A stretch of DNA of 64,000 bases. Source: Vezdaea acicularis (Eukaryota). The stretch covers positions 62,001 to 126,000 of the forward strand of contig JAPEUI010000002.1 of the NCBI GenBank assembly GCA_026025075.1, in the 5' to 3' direction. The notes under the pieces are model-generated. The model was not told the DNA's origin. It worked only from the letters and a program-made list of their open reading frames with translations, and made no database searches. This document shows, one piece after another, positions 48,589 to 58,578 of the stretch (its first letter is position 1; each line of letters opens with the position of its first letter). Position numbers and translations under genes: made by a program.

Positions 48589-50171
48589 TTATGTCTTACT
48601 TTTTCTTGCTACCCAGTGGCTATTCTTGTATACCCGCTGTAACATACTCGCTGGATCCTGAAGATAACCCACCATCTCATCTGGCCCATCCCTGACTTTG
48701 TGCTCCGCAATGTCAAAGCCGCTTTGTTTGATTAATTCAAGGATTTCTTCATCTGTCAATTCCACACTGCCTCCCTCCGCAATACCACGTCCTGCGTTCC
48801 CCGGTTTCGACGGTTTTGGCGGTCCGCACTCAAAGTGCCATAGCAATGGACCTAAATTAATCCATACCCCGTTAGGCTTCAAGCAGTTCCTTATCGCCTC
48901 AATATATCGAAATATATTAGGGGCTGTATCGATAAAGAAAACGGTCAACGCAGCATCGAAAGTGTTTTTGTACTCTTCCCGCATATACACCTCACAAAAG
49001 TCACCAGCGTTCATACTCATACTACCTAGTCTACCTTGACTTCGCGCCCTCCTTAGCTCCTCCGCAGGCCACACATCCGGGACCGTTACTTTTTGCATTT
49101 GACTCTTCCGGCTGATGTTGTTTGAGAAAGACCGCACCCAAGGGTACAAGGAATATTCATTTGTACGTGTTGTGTGATTTAGGATAAGACTGCTTGTAAG
49201 CAATGCGTGGTAGCTAAACTCGCACCCCTCAGCTTCGTAGCCCTGGCATGCGGTATCCAGGACAAGGCGACCGAGCCCTGATCCCGGGATAAGTACTCTG
49301 CGTTGGTCTTCCGATGATGGAATTGGCACGTATGTGTTGAGAGAAGATAGTACAGGGGCATACTGTGCATCCCGCTCGAGTTTGCCCTCACGAGACCAGT
49401 CCCTGAATAGCTGTTTGAGCATGGTGTCCGCTTTTGAAATATCTTGAGGCGATGCGGTGCCTCTCCAGTGAATGGGTGACGCTTCAAAGGGGTTGGTAGA
49501 GTCATTCGTAGAGGAGCTCGACGCCCGTGATGGAGAGCCTGTCCTAAGCAGCAAATCGTAAGGGAAGCCAAATGCAGTCAGACCAGTTGATAAAACCCTA
49601 TGGGCAATCACAGAGTTCGTTTCTATTGCATGTTCGACATTCTCGAGATGCTCTAGAACATTGAAGGGGGGTTCAGCGAGGCGCTGCCAATGAGCTTGGG
49701 GGAGGGCATAAAAGTTTTGCCGAGTTGAGTGGAGTTGCGAGAGAGCATTTTGGCGCCAGGAACTGTAGTTCAATGAGATCCTTGCTTGAATTGAGGATTT
49801 AAATAGACGTGAAACTTTTGAGGTTTAGAAAGTGCAGCTGCTCATACATAAAACGGCTACTTTGGAGACCATCCACAATCTAGAAGCGTGTAAAGCAGGG
49901 ATATTTCCTACTTCCGGAAGAGAAGATGTAGCTGATCGTACCCAAGCTCTCACAAAGGATAGAGAATAGAAATGATATGCATTGTCCCTTTTATTATACG
50001 TAAAGTATAAATCGAACTGAGAAATCGAACTCACAAGAACGAGTCCAAAGTCGCAAAAAGCACTCTCTTCTCCTCCTCATCCGAGAAAATAGTATTTTCT
50101 ACCTCCCATTCGTTCATTGGCCCATGGGCTTTTCCTCTACTGTCTTGCTCAGTGGAGTCTGACTCCACCAT
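48589..50171 (-). CDS. Carnosine N-methyltransferase / N2227-like SAM methyltransferase, 2 exons
   Basis: QLFRDWS, VLIPGSGLGRL, AGDF, FFIDTA and WINLGPLLWH motifs; intron ~49763-50034. Confidence 0.9.
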
Positions 50172-50331
50172 AGTGAATGAATGAACTAGGAAACTGGATG
50201 GGCCCGCAACTTCCCGCCAGAGTGAAACACAATGTTTTTCCGATCAATGCCGAGGCAGCCTTACGGAAATGAAAAATTATTTCCCGTGCATCGCTACAGC
50301 GATGGTGACATGGGCAGCAGTTTCACCAACC

Positions 50332-50783
50332 ATGAAGCCACTTGAGCTATCACTGCCGATAGCTCATGCTCCCAATACCTTATTACACCTGCATCTGACC
50401 ATACAACCCTCTGCAACCGCACCCATCCTCTTATTCCTAAGCACTTCCTCAGGTAGCTCCACCCCACTCGGCTCCTTTGTCTACGCCCTTCCGTCGGTTT
50501 GTTACCACCACTCAGGTCCGTGGCAATGTTCCAATCTAACCCAGAATAGCGCTCTTCCAAAAATGAGCCTTTGAGTACTCCTTTATACGTCTCTGAGTCT
50601 TCATTGGAATTCACGACCCGTCTAGCGAAGATTCTGGTCCGTCAAACAGGGAGACCTGCATACGTAGGTTCGAGCGTGGGCTTTGATGGCATCGATGGTG
50701 TAGATGGTACGGTTGAGGAAGGGGCTCAGGTGCTTAAAGATGTGGTCGAAGTCATCCTTGACAATATCTCGGAAGCCGAGTGA
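50332..50783 (+). CDS. Small protein resembling proteasome assembly chaperone 4 (Poc4/PAC4), 2 exons
   Basis: LGSFVYALP...STPLY...EFTTRLAKILVRQTGRPAYVG; intron ~50496-50549. Confidence 0.7.
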
Positions 50784-51075
50784 AAGAGGCATCAAAAAGC
50801 AAGCGCATAGGCGTATCTATACGAGGACTGAGAATGCCTGCATAAGCTCTAGGTTTTGAGCGATATGATCTTTTAAGGTAGATATACTCTTCACTTGCAC
50901 AATTTGCACCCCATGTGCGTAATGAAAACACAACTTGAAAGTGCGTACTACAAAACTTTGTCACCATATGAATCAATCATCCCTGTTATCCTTCCATGAG
51001 CTGTCTACCATGCATCTTAGTCACCGAATTGGCATGAGGGTCAGGACGTAGTAAACCTTGATTTCTACGCTATTC

Positions 51076-51153
51076 ATAGCCTCTTGTTAATGCTACGCTA
51101 AAATAAGATAGCAAATAGCCCCTTGTTAATGCTACGCTAAGATAAGATAGCAA
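51076..51153. repeat. Tandem duplication, 2 x 39 bp with 2 mismatches
   Basis: atagcctcttgttaatgctacgctaaaataagatagcaa followed by atagccccttgttaatgctacgctaagataagatagcaa. Confidence 0.92.
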
Positions 51154-51309
51154 ACAATCCTAATGTGCCTGAAGCCATTAGGAATGCAATGCTAGACCAT
51201 GCAATACAATATTGTGGGTAGGAAGTACAGCAGCCCTCAGGTTGCTTCATGTAAAGAGATACCAAAGAGCGGCCTTGGTCTAGAAAAGAACTTACCGAAA
51301 AGTAATTGC

Positions 51310-53904
51310 TTAGTCTTCTTCAAAAAGACTATCTTTGCTACTTTCGGAGAGTCTGCGCTTTCTCCGAGGATTTCGGCGGATACCATGTTGAGGATGGAGA
51401 GATCCAGTCTCAGAGCCATTGGAGGCTTCTTCATCCCCAATGTCCTCAACGCTGCGCTTCCGTTTCTTGCTCTGGGAGCTATCCTCCACAAGGGGCCCGC
51501 TCTTGACGGTCGGCTGTTGTGGTGATCGCAGATCTTCTGCCATTGAAGCAATTAGATCGCCAACATCATACTCTGGAGACTGCACCTCTTGTATTTCTGT
51601 GTGCTTCGTTTGCGTTTGAGACTCGCTCTCGACTTCTGTCTCCTGTGACCGCTGCAGAATCGTCTCCGTTGGGAGAAAAAGACCACCTTTGTTACGTTGA
51701 ACCTGTGGATGGTGTATCTCGGTTTCACTAGGTCGCATCTGAGAACCATCCTCGACATTCCGCCGTGATGGTTGTTGAGGAGAATCGTTCATGCTGGGAA
51801 GGCACAGGCCGCTACTGTGCTTCTCAGGCGGTGAGTAATGTGTTCCTTCCAGAGATCCAGTTTCGCTAATATGGTGCAATGGCTGCTGAGGCTCATCTAC
51901 TGCTCTAGATCTCAAATTATATGGTGGAGGCTGCGGATATTGCGGACGTTGCGTTCCACTCGGCTGTGATTGCAGTTGCTGAGTGTTCGATGTAACTGTT
52001 GTGAGTCCCTTCCTTCTTTTCTGGCGATTCCCATCATCCTCGTTATCCTCATTGATCCGCTTCCTCTTTTCAGGCGCCTTTTTCCCAAATTGGACTTCCA
52101 AGTCCCCTTGATGAACATGCCATTGTGAACTTCTGTTGCCCCTGGCCTCCGCGGTTCTCCGCCTTGTGGGAGGGTCGTCATTGGGTTTCACTGCATTAAT
52201 CAGTTGACACAAAGTCCCTGCGTAAGGTTGATTGTTCGAATTGTAAGGGGGTATCCGTGGATAGCCTTCTGGAACCTTATTTTCATTACAGGTATCAATG
52301 AACTTCTGAGCAACCGCAGCCATATGCTTGGAGACTTTCATGTGGTTTTTTTCCATCGAGAAGCTGCGGAGATCAACCTGCACATTGTAATCTCTTACCA
52401 GATTGATAAAGTCATGATTCTTCTCGGCACAGAAAAGGTGTACATACCCAGCGTTGATGTATGGATCTGTCCCAAGTTGGCGTGCGGACAACTCATCGAA
52501 CGCAAGGCGCAGTGTACCGACCTTTATCAAATTGCCTGGGGCGAAACAATTAAAATACCTGCAACAGCCAGACGCTTTCGTTGGGTTCCGGCGGGCGGAA
52601 TCCGCTGGAGCTTTTTGTAACCTGATACACAACGTGCTCTTCTTTCCGTCAAATCTGTTGTTGGACAATCGGGTATGTCCAGGGTGCTCCCTAAGATATC
52701 TTTCAATTTCCCAAGGGTTGAACCCCCATTCTGTGCCAGGTGCCAGCTCACCTTCTGGGGTATACCTAAAGCTCGGGTGGCTGGGAATTTCTGGAGGAAG
52801 ATTGTAGACTGCTTTAGGGTTGAATGCATTGATCTTCTCCGATCGGCAATTGAGACCTCGAGTAGTCTTATTTGTGCGAATCCATGGCTTCCCTGCAGGA
52901 ACTGCCGGCTTGTCGTACGTGCAGCCTTTCTCGGGTGGAACCAAGTAGATAGTCCCAGTCTTGGGAACGTAATTGAGTTGTTCTTGATGCGGATTGGTGA
53001 AGCCTGACAGATTATGTTCGGCCAAATCTAGTGAATTGATGATGGAGTCATATGCAGCTGGATCATTGTAATTGGGGAGCGATGGGCGACTGGTAGGCTC
53101 TAGTGTTTCCAGAACAGGAAGGGGGTTAGCCTCGCTTACATGATATCCCTGCCAAGTCGCCTGGATAGAATTATCAGGGACACCATACCGCTGACTAAAT
53201 ACCGCTGAATCTGCCGGTTGATTGATTGGAAAGTGGAGCCGCGCTCTTGTAGAGTGCGGCGAGACAGGGGCTGATCTGCTATTATACAGTTGCGGAATCT
53301 GTAGTTGAGAAGGGTTCGCCGAAGTATGAGCCGGGGCTGTGATACTGTACTCCTGCGGATTCTCTAATTGAGTTGATCTGAACAGTATTTCATCTGCTTC
53401 ACCGTTCGCATTAGCTGTTGTCTGAGTAAAAGTAGGTTCAAGTAATCCTTCTGGAAAGTACTCATTCATCCAAGCATCAAAGTCATCTAAGGACGTAAGT
53501 GGCTTGGGTGAATCCAATACGATAGGCGGAATCGTGAGTAAGCCCTGAGCATCTAGCGAAGATACATCATCGGTCAAGGATGCTTGATTGGCTACTTGGT
53601 CTACTGGAGATTGGTCGAGTAGGCCTGAGGCCTGAGTATCCGGCCAGTATGGATCAGAAGCCAAGGAACCTGTATCCAGGCTCGGATCTACAGTAGATAG
53701 ATCAAAGATTTGGTCCGGCGTGGTTTGTACGGATGTGTCTTGTGAGATATTATTAGGTATATTCGAAAGTATATCATTGGGAACTTCGAATGACAATTGA
53801 AAATCATCGTATTGGTTGAATAACTCGTCGAAATCACTAGGAAAATGAGAGTCTGAGTTGTTGGCAGCGATAGGTGGCGTAGAATGCGCCGATGGAGGGG
53901 ACAT
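51310..53904 (-). CDS. Uncharacterised 864-aa protein: acidic disordered N-terminus, central Cys/His domain, basic NLS-like patches
   Basis: Single long ORF from ATG 53904; central globular segment with CRYFNC...HLFC; KRKR and KRRK clusters. Confidence 0.85.
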   Translation of the reverse strand: MSPPSAHSTPPIAANNSDSHFPSDFDELFNQYDDFQLSFEVPNDILSNIPNNISQDTSVQTTPDQIFDLSTVDPSLDTGSLASDPYWPDTQASGLLDQSPVDQVANQASLTDDVSSLDAQGLLTIPPIVLDSPKPLTSLDDFDAWMNEYFPEGLLEPTFTQTTANANGEADEILFRSTQLENPQEYSITAPAHTSANPSQLQIPQLYNSRSAPVSPHSTRARLHFPINQPADSAVFSQRYGVPDNSIQATWQGYHVSEANPLPVLETLEPTSRPSLPNYNDPAAYDSIINSLDLAEHNLSGFTNPHQEQLNYVPKTGTIYLVPPEKGCTYDKPAVPAGKPWIRTNKTTRGLNCRSEKINAFNPKAVYNLPPEIPSHPSFRYTPEGELAPGTEWGFNPWEIERYLREHPGHTRLSNNRFDGKKSTLCIRLQKAPADSARRNPTKASGCCRYFNCFAPGNLIKVGTLRLAFDELSARQLGTDPYINAGYVHLFCAEKNHDFINLVRDYNVQVDLRSFSMEKNHMKVSKHMAAVAQKFIDTCNENKVPEGYPRIPPYNSNNQPYAGTLCQLINAVKPNDDPPTRRRTAEARGNRSSQWHVHQGDLEVQFGKKAPEKRKRINEDNEDDGNRQKRRKGLTTVTSNTQQLQSQPSGTQRPQYPQPPPYNLRSRAVDEPQQPLHHISETGSLEGTHYSPPEKHSSGLCLPSMNDSPQQPSRRNVEDGSQMRPSETEIHHPQVQRNKGGLFLPTETILQRSQETEVESESQTQTKHTEIQEVQSPEYDVGDLIASMAEDLRSPQQPTVKSGPLVEDSSQSKKRKRSVEDIGDEEASNGSETGSLHPQHGIRRNPRRKRRLSESSKDSLFEED

Positions 53905-55826
53905 GCTTTTAGAGTTGGTCGGAATAGAAAAGAGACTTGAGTGTGGTGATAAGAAGAGTAAAAGCAACCATGGTAAATTGCGAAAGTAGGTTACTATATA
54001 GAAGGTAAAGCGGATCACAAAGCCTTTGTCTGAACATATCAACAAAGAATGCGAGACGCAATGAAAGGCTCGGAGCCATGGACAATGTACCTCGAAACTT
54101 CTTTATTCCTCGATATGGTGCTTCAACAAAGGGAACCTTGAAATGACCAAGGATCGTTCTAAACGGGAGAACCCTTAACATGCTAGAAGACAACGAAAAT
54201 TGCGAGACCAGGCAGTCGCCACAGCAATCAGACGGGACAATTTTCTTCTATGAAGATCGGAGGTTTCAAGAGTTCGGTCTTCCACGCCCTTGATGCTAGA
54301 TCTTCTCCTTTCGATCTTGAATCAGAGAGCTGAAGGTTAGGTACCTTTACGATAGCGGGCCATCCAGCCCCCTTCGATGGGCCAGATATTGTCTCATGTT
54401 CCAACATTGTTGACAACACGCTGCTGATATACTAGACTTTTCCACAAGGTTAGTGTATAGAATAGCTCAAGCAGGATGCAGTGAACATATTATGTGGTAT
54501 TCTGGAAGTCAGAAGGTCTCCAAGACAAGAGTGTCCGCAGAATGATTCAGAACAGGTCTGTGTATTAAGGAATTATCATCACTGAATACAAATGAGAATT
54601 CTAGCTTGTGAACATAGCTAGATGAATGAATAGCAATGCTCCTACCTGCGTATCACGAAGCTCATCTTCCAGACCAGTGAGTGGTTCAAACGCTGAAAGA
54701 TCTCTGAATTGACCTCCCAAGCCAGGCCAAACTCTGCACTGCCATAACAGAGTTTACTGAGGTTTTCTCGAAGAGTAAGGGTCCATTTCCGGGGCTAAGA
54801 GCGATGGTTGCCTTTACAGGGATCAATTTCCTGTCACGAACCTACCTTCCCGTGACTTAGCCTGCGACTCGACTGCGCCTAGCAAGCGCTAGGTATACGT
54901 CACGTGATCACCGTCATATAGGAAAGCGGGGAAGCACTGTAGAATAGCTCCTTAGTATTCAATCGTATCAATCCTAAGAGACATCTATTGAATACTATCT
55001 ACTATTGACTACCGCCTGCGACTCGCATGCGATACGCATGCGACCATCCGAAGTGAGACTAGTCTGTTGCCTGCCCATACGCACGCGCCTCACATTTCCA
55101 AAGAACAAAGTTGCAAAAGCATGCCGATTGCACACGTGATACAGCGGAGATCTTAAGGACCGACTTGCCGATGATCGGCATAAGTGAAGTTCTGAATCTC
55201 CGTATGCCGTTGGCCTTCCGATGTAGACTACTCTCCACTTCAGGCTTACATACTGTGAGATGACAGATGACAGTGAGTGAGCAGGGTAGTCAATCTCAAG
55301 GTCCGCGCCTCCGCGCCTATGAGAACATAGCGCAAAATACTATTAGAAACTTGCATCCAAATGTCGCCACAGGTCCCTTGATCATGCAAGTCATAGTTGA
55401 GACAAAACTTGATTTGCCTCCAGAGATTGACGTCGAGAATCGCGACTTTGGAAGTAGGGTGTCATGGCTTTCGCCTGCTACCATTAAGCAGTCATAGTCT
55501 CAAACGCGTCGCTTTCTGCCTGATATACTGCGCTAAATGTTCTAGCCCTCCAGCCAACACAGCAGTCCTTCGCATGCGTTCTGTCTCTTTCTACATTCTA
55601 CTTATCTACTGCGATCTTATGTAAACTTGCCTCTGATGTCGGCAGTAGCACCTTGCGCGTCCCCGATGCCTGTTCTGAATCTATGCCTATATAAGACCTC
55701 GAAATGTCCACCTCATATGTAACAGCATACACTATTTACCATTCTCACCTTCAACAACCAGTCAAGTATTTCATCAAATATACAATACTATAAACCTACC
55801 GATCAATAATTTGCAATCAAATAACC

Positions 55827-56456
55827 ATGACTCCCCCACCAAATCTACAAGCCGGTCCCTTCTGGGATTTCATCAATTCTTTCGACCCCGAAGGTGCAGC
55901 TCATCCGTTCTTTCAAGCATATGCTGATGCTTGGAACCCTGAAGGAGCTCGCGGTACCAGTGGTCCCTCTCATGGACCTCCTTCCCATGGATCTCATGGA
56001 CCTCATGGACCTAATGGGCCCCCACGTGGTGCCTGGGGTGCTCGAGGCCGCGGAGGCATGGGTCGTTGCGGAGGCCGGCGCGGTTCCTGGCGTGGCCGAA
56101 ACGAGGATGGTGCTTTCACGCCAGCCATCGATATCTTTACTACCCAGACGCACTATCATATCCACGTATCCCTTCCTGGAGCACAAAAATCCGATGTAGG
56201 CATCAACTGGGATGGGGAGAAAAGCGAGTTGAATATCAGCGGTGTCGTCCACAGATATGGGGATGAGGAGTTCTTGAAGTCGCTCACGGAAACTAAAGAA
56301 AGAGAATCCGAGCTCGGTATGTTCGAGCGGAAGATCAAGTTGGAAAAGGTGGATGGCGAAGGCATTACCGCGAAGCTTGAAGATGGGGTCCTCAGAGTTG
56401 AGGTTCCCAAAGAGGAGAAGGACTGGGAGCAGATCAAGAAGATTGAGGTCGAGTAG
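55827..56456 (+). CDS. Small heat-shock protein (HSP20/alpha-crystallin family)
   Basis: FTPAIDIF...SLPGAQK...GMFERKIKL...ITAKLEDGVLRVEVPK; C-terminal IxV motif; TATA-like CTATATAA near 55688. Confidence 0.93.
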   Translation: MTPPPNLQAGPFWDFINSFDPEGAAHPFFQAYADAWNPEGARGTSGPSHGPPSHGSHGPHGPNGPPRGAWGARGRGGMGRCGGRRGSWRGRNEDGAFTPAIDIFTTQTHYHIHVSLPGAQKSDVGINWDGEKSELNISGVVHRYGDEEFLKSLTETKERESELGMFERKIKLEKVDGEGITAKLEDGVLRVEVPKEEKDWEQIKKIEVE

Positions 56457-56767
56457 TACCATATACCGCCTTGCATTCAATACCTGTTACGTCTTAGTGG
56501 ATCGAAAGGGGTTTGAGTAGAAAAAAGAAAAAAAATTTGGGGGCTCCATTTCCCCGTCAAACAGACGTTTTAGAAGAAAGAACCGTAATTCAATAACTTT
56601 ATGCACCTCGTGAGAATCGTGATTCTTTTGAGCCTAGGACGTAAATAAATTTCTCCATTATGCGGCTCCACCCCATCGAATAGGTAGAAGCCCCGGGCAA
56701 TTGGGTATCGTCTTACAGTCGAAACGGACCCGCTCAATGCACTCCCAAGATTCCCATCGCTGAAATG

Positions 56768-57853
56768 TTAGGATTCATTTCCTCCCTTAAAATACTTCAG
56801 CACAGGATGGGGGGTATCTTCTGGCCAATGATCATCTCCAATCATCTTTATATTTTCTTTCTTCCATTCCCAAGCCGGCAACTTACCTGACTCCTTCCTT
56901 CGTATTACCATTTCTAGCGCTTTCCCTATGTCCAGCCAAGTTATGATACCGAGATTCTTCTTAGAAGCAATGAGACATCTCTGATATGCCTCCCTTATGT
57001 CCTTCTCCTCGACTCTAGCTATGAATCCACTGTTTGTTGATATCGTCGTTACGCCGTCTTCCACCTTCCCCAGAAGGCCTTCGGCCCTAAGTAAAGCCAC
57101 CGCCTCGTCCTGGTCCTTGAAGTGCCTCTGAAGATCCACCCAGCCGGGGCCGTTGACCTTTTCCTTGACTCTATCTACAATCTCGCGCCTTCTCTTGATC
57201 TCGTCTTCCCTAGCTTTCTTCTCTTCTGCTCGCTTCTTTTCCTTTTCTCTTTCCCGCTTCAGCTCAAGTTCTCGCTCGACCGCTTGTCGTCGCTTTCTTG
57301 CTTCTGCCAGCTCTGTCGCCGACGCAGCCTCAATCTCCCGCTCACGTGCCCGTTGTGCCTCCCCAATTACTCTTTGCTGTTCATTGTATGCCCTCCGCTG
57401 GTCCTTCCGAGCTATTGAAGCTGCTTTCTTCTTTCCAACATTGTGAACTCTTGGCGTGCGATTCGGAGCACCTGGTTGACCTAAGTCTTCAATAGCGTGT
57501 GGTTCGGCGCCTTGTATCTGCTCATTGATATCTTCGTCTGTGTTTTCCAAGTCAGAGTGGTCTAGGTCACCGCGGATATTTCGAGTATCAGTGCGTCGAA
57601 GTTGGTCATCGATCTGTTGAGGTTCTAGAGGCTCCTGTGCTTCATGTTCGAGATTTCTCTGAACTCTTCTCTCAAGGAAAGTAGGTGCAAGGTAAAGGAC
57701 ACTGCATAAAACAAGAGTATGCGCTATGTCTAGCCAAAGAGGCGTTTTGGGGTCTGTGAAAGGAAGGAGAATGTTGAGTCGTTGGAAGTAGTTAGAGCTG
57801 AATGTAATAAATTTCTCTACTATGGGTAATATCTTTTCACGGAGCAGACCCAT
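56768..57853 (-). CDS. Uncharacterised membrane-anchored coiled-coil protein, DDRGK1/UFBP1-like architecture
   Basis: N-terminal TM, VGKKKAASIARKDQRRAYNE, long charged helix, small C-terminal alpha/beta domain. Confidence 0.75.
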   Translation of the reverse strand: MGLLREKILPIVEKFITFSSNYFQRLNILLPFTDPKTPLWLDIAHTLVLCSVLYLAPTFLERRVQRNLEHEAQEPLEPQQIDDQLRRTDTRNIRGDLDHSDLENTDEDINEQIQGAEPHAIEDLGQPGAPNRTPRVHNVGKKKAASIARKDQRRAYNEQQRVIGEAQRAREREIEAASATELAEARKRRQAVERELELKREREKEKKRAEEKKAREDEIKRRREIVDRVKEKVNGPGWVDLQRHFKDQDEAVALLRAEGLLGKVEDGVTTISTNSGFIARVEEKDIREAYQRCLIASKKNLGIITWLDIGKALEMVIRRKESGKLPAWEWKKENIKMIGDDHWPEDTPHPVLKYFKGGNES

Positions 57854-58578
57854 GGTGATGCAACAGCAAGCTGTGCTTAGGCCGGACTTCCAATTCAGTA
57901 AGCGCAATGAAGAATCGGCAGAACGGAACGTGATTGGTGTAGAAATTGCCCTGCGTCACTACTGTAGCGACACTTGAGCACGGGCAGGCCCTAGCGCCTT
58001 AGGTCAAAAATTTGTCTGATGGCCCACGAGACGGCAATCTGGAGAAATTGAAGAGACATGCAGCCTCCAATATTACAAAGAAGCTTTTTAGAGGAATGTT
58101 GTTACTTGTGAACCGAGCTAACAACTGACTCTTGGATTTTGAGCAACATCCTGGTATCACCGCATCTAGAATATTTGGTTCAGAAGGTTGACGGATTATT
58201 ACAAGGTACCCAGTCGAACGACTTGCACTCGCTCCCTGCAATTTCCGTACGCTAAAGAAAGACTCCATGTATACATGCCATGAATTGCTACGATGATTTC
58301 TACAAGATAGCCTTTGAACCGCGCATGTAGCGCCTATGTTATCTACATAAACCGACCCCTCCTCAGTCCAGGGTATAACGCTCTCCCGGGAACACCTTTT
58401 CCACCGAACCAATTTTTCCAATGTAACGATCCTTTCCAACAGCAGATTCCAGACGCCTCGCTCTGGCTCAGCAATTCCAATTCTCGCAGGGAATTCCGCT
58501 CGTATGGAAAAGAAAGGCCCATTTACTAGGTGGACCGAAAATAATTACGAATGATAAAGAAGAGGACTTTTGGGCAGC

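Noticed and set aside
51076..51153. CRISPR-like direct repeat
   Set aside because: Two abutting copies, no spacer, eukaryotic context. The nearby 'Cas1' is an O-acetyltransferase unrelated to CRISPR Cas1.
55845..56480. 211-aa antisense ORF over HSP20
   Set aside because: Shadow of a codon-biased gene; no protein-family features.
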